From Obrimoposthia wandeli (Eukaryota): a stretch of 64,000 nucleotides of DNA. This document shows, piece after piece, positions 58,579-64,000 of this stretch. The translations under genes were made by a program, and so were the position numbers. The DNA lies in contig CDROCS010001101.1 in the NCBI GenBank assembly GCA_977020255.1, forward strand, positions 620,001-684,000, in the 5' to 3' direction. The notes beneath the pieces are model-generated. The model saw only the letters and a list, made by a program, of their open reading frames with translations. It did not search any database and was not told the origin of the DNA. Each line of letters starts with the position of its first letter. Positions within the stretch are counted from its first letter, which is position 1.

Positions 58579-59464
58579 CTCATCGAAAATCGTATCAACG
58601 CATAGCGATAGCCAAGACAGCTTGGTGCTCAATAACCTTGCGGTGAACATAACCATTACCAAAGGTTGTTTACGCTATCACGACAGTATCGAGCCTGTAT
58701 TAAATCAGTTTGATATGACGATACCCGCAAAACAGTGGACATGTATCTTAGGTCGCAGCGGCTGTGGAAAAACCTCGTTACTGCGTTATCTTGCTGGCTT
58801 ACTCGATCAGCAAGTAGTTTGGTCAGGTGCATGTGCAATTGATACGAATCAGCAACCACTAGCTGATTTAAGCAATCAAATTTCCTACATGGCGCAACAA
58901 GACTTACTGCTACCTTGGTTGTCCGTGCTCGATAATGTCACGTTAAGCAGTAAGTTTGGCGTCACAACATCGAGTGTCGATTCGAAAGTAATGTCGAAAG
59001 CAAGCACTGACAAAGCGCTGACTCTATTAGCTAAAGTCGGACTTGCTGACAACGCCAACCATTACCCCCAACAGCTGTCTGGCGGTATGCGCCAACGTGT
59101 AGCATTAGCAAGAACATTAATGCAGGACAAGCCAGTGGTATTAATGGATGAACCATTTTCGGCATTGGACGCTGTTACCCGTTATCGATTACAAGATCTT
59201 GCTGGCGAATTGCTAGCAGATAAAACAGTGGTATTAATCACCCACGACCCTCAAGAAGCCATTCGTCTTGCTGACCACATCTATATTATGCAAGGTACAC
59301 CTGCCAGTGCTGAGTATTTATCCGTGCCGAAGTCAGCAACGCCGCGTCAATTCGATGCCGAATGCGCGCAACTACAACAACAAATAATGTCTTGTTTGGC
59401 AAAAGAGTATCTGGATGAGAGTGATTGTGAGAGTAATGGTGAGAGTGGTGTCGGCTATGAGTGA
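58571..59464 (+). CDS. ABC transporter ATP-binding subunit (ThiZ-like)
   Basis: Walker A GRSGCGKTS, LSGGMRQR, MDEPFSALD, ITHD; ATG 58571 overlaps the thiD stop. Confidence 0.9.
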   Translation: MSSSSKIVSTHSDSQDSLVLNNLAVNITITKGCLRYHDSIEPVLNQFDMTIPAKQWTCILGRSGCGKTSLLRYLAGLLDQQVVWSGACAIDTNQQPLADLSNQISYMAQQDLLLPWLSVLDNVTLSSKFGVTTSSVDSKVMSKASTDKALTLLAKVGLADNANHYPQQLSGGMRQRVALARTLMQDKPVVLMDEPFSALDAVTRYRLQDLAGELLADKTVVLITHDPQEAIRLADHIYIMQGTPASAEYLSVPKSATPRQFDAECAQLQQQIMSCLAKEYLDESDCESNGESGVGYE

Positions 59465-60269
59465 GTTAATCAATAACCTTAGCGCAACGCAATCAAGCTC
59501 AGTCAAAAATACCGACAAGCAACAGCGCCACATGAGTCCCTGGCTACGCGCAATAATTAGTGCACTAGTGATCATTGGCATATGGCAAAGTATCGTGGTT
59601 ATTTTTGCCATGCCCTCTTTCATTCTACCCGCGCCATTAGCGGTATTTGAACGCTTAATCGAACGTCATGAAGTCTTGTTTAAACACACATTAGTCACCG
59701 CGCAAGAAATTGTCTTTGGTTTGTTGCTTGGTTTATTCATGGGATTATTTTTTGCTTTACAGATGTTGCTATTCAAACCCGTTAAGCATTGGTTATTACC
59801 AATTTTAATTGCCAGCCAAGCCATTCCGGTATTCGCGATTGCGCCAGTATTGATGCTTTGGTTAGGTTATGGCATGGCTTCAAAAATAGTGATGGCAGCA
59901 TTAATCATCTTTTTCCCAGTGACCACCTGCTGTTACGACGGTTTACGTAATACGCCCAAAGGTTATTTGGATTTAGCACAAACCATGGGGGCAACTAAAT
60001 GGCAGCTGCTACGTCATATTCAACTGCCCGCTTCATTGCCGACACTCGCATCCGGTATTCGCGTTGCAGTGGTTATCGCACCAATCGGAGCCGTTGCTGG
60101 TGAATGGGTTGGGTCCAGTGCTGGACTCGGTTACCTCATGCTACAAGCAAATGCCCGGATGATGATTGATGAAATGTTTGCCGCATTACTGATCTTGTCG
60201 GCTCTATCGATCTTACTTTATTTTGTCACTGACAAAGCATTGAAAAAACTCATTCCTTGGGAAGGATAA
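59457..60269 (+). CDS. ABC transporter permease (ThiX-like)
   Basis: 6 TM, EAA-like loop AQTMGATKWQLLRHIQLP, VAGEWVGSSAGLG. Confidence 0.9.
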   Translation: MSELINNLSATQSSSVKNTDKQQRHMSPWLRAIISALVIIGIWQSIVVIFAMPSFILPAPLAVFERLIERHEVLFKHTLVTAQEIVFGLLLGLFMGLFFALQMLLFKPVKHWLLPILIASQAIPVFAIAPVLMLWLGYGMASKIVMAALIIFFPVTTCCYDGLRNTPKGYLDLAQTMGATKWQLLRHIQLPASLPTLASGIRVAVVIAPIGAVAGEWVGSSAGLGYLMLQANARMMIDEMFAALLILSALSILLYFVTDKALKKLIPWEG

Positions 60270-60286
60270 TTCCCAATAGCCCCTAT

Positions 60287-60313
60287 CAACACATACAACA
60301 CATACAACACATA
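60287..60313. repeat. 9-bp tandem repeat (CAACACATA)x3
   Basis: Three exact copies in the spacer between the permease and the substrate-binding gene. Confidence 0.85.
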
Positions 60314-60335
60314 CCAAAATATAAAAAGGATATTT

Positions 60336-61283
60336 ATGAAAAACAACATGTTACTCAAAGCAGCTATATTGACAACGGTTATGCTATCGACAAGCGCACA
60401 AGCAGAAACTAAAACCTTAACGCTGATGTTAGATTGGTTTGTGAACCCTAATCATGGCCCTATCGTTATTGCTAAAGAGCGTGGTTACTTTGCCGAGCAA
60501 GGTATTAACGTTAAAATCCAAGAACCAGCTGACCCAAGCATGCCGCCAAAACTGGTTGCAGCCAATAAAATCGACCTTGCTATCACCTACCAGCCAAATC
60601 TAACGATTGATGTGGCCGCGGGTTTACCACTTATCCGCGCAGCAACCTTGATCGCAACGCCACTCAATACTTTGATGGTACTCGATAACGGCAAAATCAA
60701 TAATATGGCCGATTTAAAAGGTAAGAAAATTGGTATTGCTATAGCAGGTAACGAAGAAGCAACTATCGGTACTATGTTAAAAACGGGGAATGTGAACTAC
60801 GATGATGTCCAGATCATCAACGTTGGTTGGGCGCTATCATCATCACTAGCATCAGGTAAAGTCGATGCAATATGGGGTGGCTTGCGTAACTTTGAAACCA
60901 ATCAACTTGAACTTGAAGGCTTTAAATCAAAAGCATTCTTCCCTGAAGAACACGGCGTGCCTGCTTATGACGAGTTAGTGTTTGTAGCTAATGCTAATAC
61001 CTATGACAAAGCCGCTATCCAAGCATTCAACAAAGCCCTAGAGAAAGCCACGACTTACATTGTTAATCACCCACAAGCATCGTGGAAAGAATTTGTGGCA
61101 TATGCACCTGATACATTAAACAACGAATTAAACAAACGTGCTTGGAACGATACTCTTACTCGCTTCGCCCTACGCCCTGCAGCCGTCGATTTAAAACGTT
61201 ATGACGATTATGCCGAATTCATGTATTCGCAAAAGATCATCACCACATTACCGAAAGCGCAAGACTACGTACCGACGCTGTAA
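60336..61283 (+). CDS. ABC substrate-binding protein, ThiY/NMT1/THI5 family (HMP precursor uptake)
   Basis: Signal peptide; LMLDWFVNPNHGP, YQP, YDEL; located in a TPP-controlled operon. Confidence 0.9.
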   Translation: MKNNMLLKAAILTTVMLSTSAQAETKTLTLMLDWFVNPNHGPIVIAKERGYFAEQGINVKIQEPADPSMPPKLVAANKIDLAITYQPNLTIDVAAGLPLIRAATLIATPLNTLMVLDNGKINNMADLKGKKIGIAIAGNEEATIGTMLKTGNVNYDDVQIINVGWALSSSLASGKVDAIWGGLRNFETNQLELEGFKSKAFFPEEHGVPAYDELVFVANANTYDKAAIQAFNKALEKATTYIVNHPQASWKEFVAYAPDTLNNELNKRAWNDTLTRFALRPAAVDLKRYDDYAEFMYSQKIITTLPKAQDYVPTL

Positions 61284-61326
61284 CACTGTCTATTATCGTC
61301 ACAACAAACCGTAAACGAGAAATACA

Positions 61327-61995
61327 ATGAATCATCAAGACCTCATTAATGCCTGTCGCGAAGACTGGGATGCCTATACCAAACATGCTTTTGTACAACA
61401 ATTAGCGCAAGGCACATTAGCACAACCGAGTTACTTGCATTACCTTAAGCAAGACTTCTTGTTTTTAAAGCAATATGCTCGCGCCCATGCGTTAGCCATT
61501 TATAAAGCTCGTACGTTGGCTGATATGCGTAAAGCACTACCCAGCGTACATGCCTTATTGGATTCTGAAATTGGTCATCACGTAACTTATTGTGCCAATT
61601 GGAATTTAACCGAAGCTGATTTAGAAGCAGAACCTGAAGACTTCGGCACTGTCGCTTATACACGTTATGTACTCGATGCGGGTATGGCAGGTGATATTGT
61701 CGACCTTTATGCGGCGTTAGCACCCTGCTCCATTGGTTACGCTGAAATTGGCCGCAATCTTGCGACAGACAGCAACACCAAGTGGGACGGTAATCCTTTT
61801 TCAAGTTGGATCGCGCTTTATAGCAGTGATGAATTCCAACAAGGTGTGGCACAAGGTACTGCGCATATTGATGAACTGTTAGCTGAAATTGACGTCAACA
61901 GTCAACGCGGACAGAATCTGATCCATGTATTTAGTACTGCCACACGCATGGAGATTGCGTTTTGGCAGCAAGGCCTTGATGCTGATAGCAAGTAA
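61327..61995 (+). CDS. tenA: TenA aminopyrimidine aminohydrolase (thiaminase II)
   Basis: HAFVQQL..GTL, YLKQDFLFL, APCSIGYAEIG, WIALY, MEIAFW. Confidence 0.92.
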   Translation: MNHQDLINACREDWDAYTKHAFVQQLAQGTLAQPSYLHYLKQDFLFLKQYARAHALAIYKARTLADMRKALPSVHALLDSEIGHHVTYCANWNLTEADLEAEPEDFGTVAYTRYVLDAGMAGDIVDLYAALAPCSIGYAEIGRNLATDSNTKWDGNPFSSWIALYSSDEFQQGVAQGTAHIDELLAEIDVNSQRGQNLIHVFSTATRMEIAFWQQGLDADSK

Positions 61996-62001
61996 CTAAC
62001 G

Positions 62002-62877
62002 TTACCTAACGCCACCATAAACATCGATAGTCAGGTCGCGCTGCTTAACATAATTGTTCGGAGTAGCGCCGATTTGGCTTTTTAAATAACGGATCAAATG
62101 AGGTTGGTCACTAAAGCCAAATTTATAAGCTAAATCAACCCAATCAATATCTTGGCTATCTCGTTGATATAAATATTCTAACAAGCTTTCTAACTTTTGC
62201 ATTGACTGACACTGCTTGAGTGTTAGCCCGGTAACTTTGTTAAAGCTGCGTTCGATAGTGCGCTGCGAGCAGTATAGTTTTTCACTTAACTGTGCAATTG
62301 GAGTTGTCGCAAGCAGCGGCAAGACGTTACGTGTTAACTGACTGTGGCTATCTTCATGGTGATTGACCAACCAAGTAGATAAGTATTCATCTAGTCGGTC
62401 ACAGCATAGTTCAGGATCATCCTTAGCAATGGCTAATATATGCTGTTCAACAAATATCTCATCTTTAGATAATCTGCTATGCCCTAGAATATCCCGTGGA
62501 ATAAGTCCTGGAGTAAGCTCACTAAAATTGACCCCAAGCACATCACCAATACATGCTTTCGTTGGCGACATAGCTAACGAATACAACGCCCCAACACGAA
62601 ATTTAATACCGAGGTATAAGAAAGCGTGAGCATGATCTAACTGCAAAGTCTGTATCTGGGGAAATAACCAGTGACTCCCTTGTCCTTGCTTTACGCCTGA
62701 CTTTAAATCATAGCGATATTGCTGTGCCGATGGTGCTAATATCAAATGACTTTCTGGATGTGGATTTAACTTAGGCGATGGATTTGATTCATGATCCGAC
62801 TCCTTAATTAATAACCAGTAGCTTTCCACATACTTGGATATATCTGGCGATTTTGGTGTTCGGATCCAATTTATCAT
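62002..62877 (-). CDS. AraC family transcriptional regulator
   Basis: P...ISKYVESYW N-terminal domain; SQRTIERSF HTH; GFSDQPHLIR. Confidence 0.85.
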   Translation of the reverse strand: MINWIRTPKSPDISKYVESYWLLIKESDHESNPSPKLNPHPESHLILAPSAQQYRYDLKSGVKQGQGSHWLFPQIQTLQLDHAHAFLYLGIKFRVGALYSLAMSPTKACIGDVLGVNFSELTPGLIPRDILGHSRLSKDEIFVEQHILAIAKDDPELCCDRLDEYLSTWLVNHHEDSHSQLTRNVLPLLATTPIAQLSEKLYCSQRTIERSFNKVTGLTLKQCQSMQKLESLLEYLYQRDSQDIDWVDLAYKFGFSDQPHLIRYLKSQIGATPNNYVKQRDLTIDVYGGVR

Positions 62878-62914
62878 TTAATATCTACATCCATAGTTCT
62901 TATTTAACGCTTAT

Positions 62915-63742
62915 TTAAACACTAAATTGCACAATGCGGTGGCTCGAACGCAAACCAGCTTTAACAATCGCTTTTTGCGCACCAATATTCGTCATTTCTG
63001 TAGAGCACATCGCCGTTAAGTTTTTTGCTTCAGCGCGCGTGACCAAGCAATTCAAAACTTGGGTCGCGATGCCTTTACCACGTTCAGCTTCAGCGACTAT
63101 CATGCCTAAATCAGCATATTCGGTCTGGATATTATCGAAGAGGCGACACTCACCACTTGCGAGCAGTTTACCGTTTTCCCAATAACCCAGTAACTCCTGA
63201 CGGCTAATTAAGTTTTGATAGTAACCAGTAAGCCAGTCTTGTGGAGCGCCAATTGCGAGCATTGCAAATTGCACAAAATCGCTTAACTGAGCATCTGTCG
63301 CCAGCGTCATTACAATCGGTTCAGCATGAGTCAATTCAGACGTGATATGTCGTTTATACATCAATGAATTAGTTTGATGTTTACTGTAATTATCTAAGCA
63401 CAAAGATAGATACAAGGGCTCTGCAGTACTTACAAACGCACCGTTAACTTGGCCTATCACAGCACTATTATTTTCCACAATTAAAGTAAATAACTCACTC
63501 GCCTGTAATTGGCTCTGTGACACTAGATAAAATTGCAACAGGTAACCGTCGCCATTAATACAACAATAACCCACTAAGGTTTCATTTTCATAAAATCCAT
63601 AGTGTGTAGCCATCGGTAAGAAACCACACAACCACATGCCATCAAGCGCTGCCGTTGTGGTAGCAAGATACTGACATTTTAGTGCATCAAGCTGTGTGAG
63701 GTCTTTAATTTCTTTTATTGCTAACATCTGCTGTACCTTCAA
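62915..63742 (-). CDS. GNAT acetyltransferase with two-domain length
   Basis: TTG start; C-terminal ADLGMIVAEAERGKGIAT, NIGAQKAIVKAG. Confidence 0.8.
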   Translation of the reverse strand: MKVQQMLAIKEIKDLTQLDALKCQYLATTTAALDGMWLCGFLPMATHYGFYENETLVGYCCINGDGYLLQFYLVSQSQLQASELFTLIVENNSAVIGQVNGAFVSTAEPLYLSLCLDNYSKHQTNSLMYKRHITSELTHAEPIVMTLATDAQLSDFVQFAMLAIGAPQDWLTGYYQNLISRQELLGYWENGKLLASGECRLFDNIQTEYADLGMIVAEAERGKGIATQVLNCLVTRAEAKNLTAMCSTEMTNIGAQKAIVKAGLRSSHRIVQFSV

Positions 63743-63914
63743 CTATTGTATCTGCTTCTGCAGTACCTAGATTAATGATTTATAACTGGGGAGCACTTTC
63801 ATCACTACGATTCGTGATGAATGACATAACTCGTGATAGCTCGCCAATCGATAAGAGCAATATTAAGGCATGCACAAAAACAAAGATTGAATAAATACGA
63901 CAATATAAAAGTAT

Positions 63915-63959
63915 GGCGTATGAGAATACGTGATTGAATATCACACACTCTCATACGCC
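63915..63959. terminator. Stem-loop at the window end
   Basis: ggcgtatgaga ... tctcatacgcc with an inner gtgat/atcac stem. Confidence 0.5.
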
Positions 63960-64000
63960 GACAGTTAACAACTAGCAACGAACAACGAACAACGACGCTC

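Noticed and set aside
60287-60313. Short repeats as possible CRISPR arrays (also 53395-53436 and 49438-49492)
   Set aside because: Units are 6-24 bp, contiguous and without spacers; no cas genes in the window.
1019-63185. Many 60-170 aa ORFs in the track that overlap longer genes (e.g. 1019-1279, 7805-8233, 13415-13771, 23361-23753, 48830-49177, 56934-57443)
   Set aside because: They are shadow or antisense frames of well-supported genes, with no recognisable motifs or SD sites.

Overview
This 64 kb window comes from the chromosome of an AT-rich marine gammaproteobacterium; gene content and order suggest Moritella or a close relative, which is my inference. Core genes: nhaB (3' part), dsbB, ppnP, tdk, hns, the serC-hisC-aroA-cmk-rpsA-ihfB-lapA-lapB-pyrF run, the methylcitrate operon (GntR regulator-prpB-prpC-acnD-prpF) and a TPP-riboswitch thiamine salvage operon (thiD-ABC-tenA). 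A lysine riboswitch precedes an NhaC/LysW transporter, and a PdsR/PdsS-type two-component pair is present without its usual sortase neighbours. From about 39 to 46 kb there is a run of small, mostly co-oriented accessory genes (GNAT, LysE, HAD, methyltransferase) that resembles a decayed cassette array. The main candidate for an undescribed system is a seven-gene cluster at 10.4-20.7 kb with Fur-like boxes at three positions. It encodes a 673-aa secreted protein, a 4-TM di-heme cytochrome b-like protein, an FTR1/EfeU iron permease, a UGM/PPO-superfamily flavoprotein, a secreted helical protein, a GT-C-fold membrane protein and a beta-propeller cytochrome c with six CXXCH motifs. That set of partners matches none of the FTR1 systems I know (EfeUOB, FtrABCD, FetMP/P19, Fet3-Ftr1). 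I saw no tRNA, rRNA, CRISPR array, integrase or transposase. All family calls come from motif recognition by eye; no searches were run.
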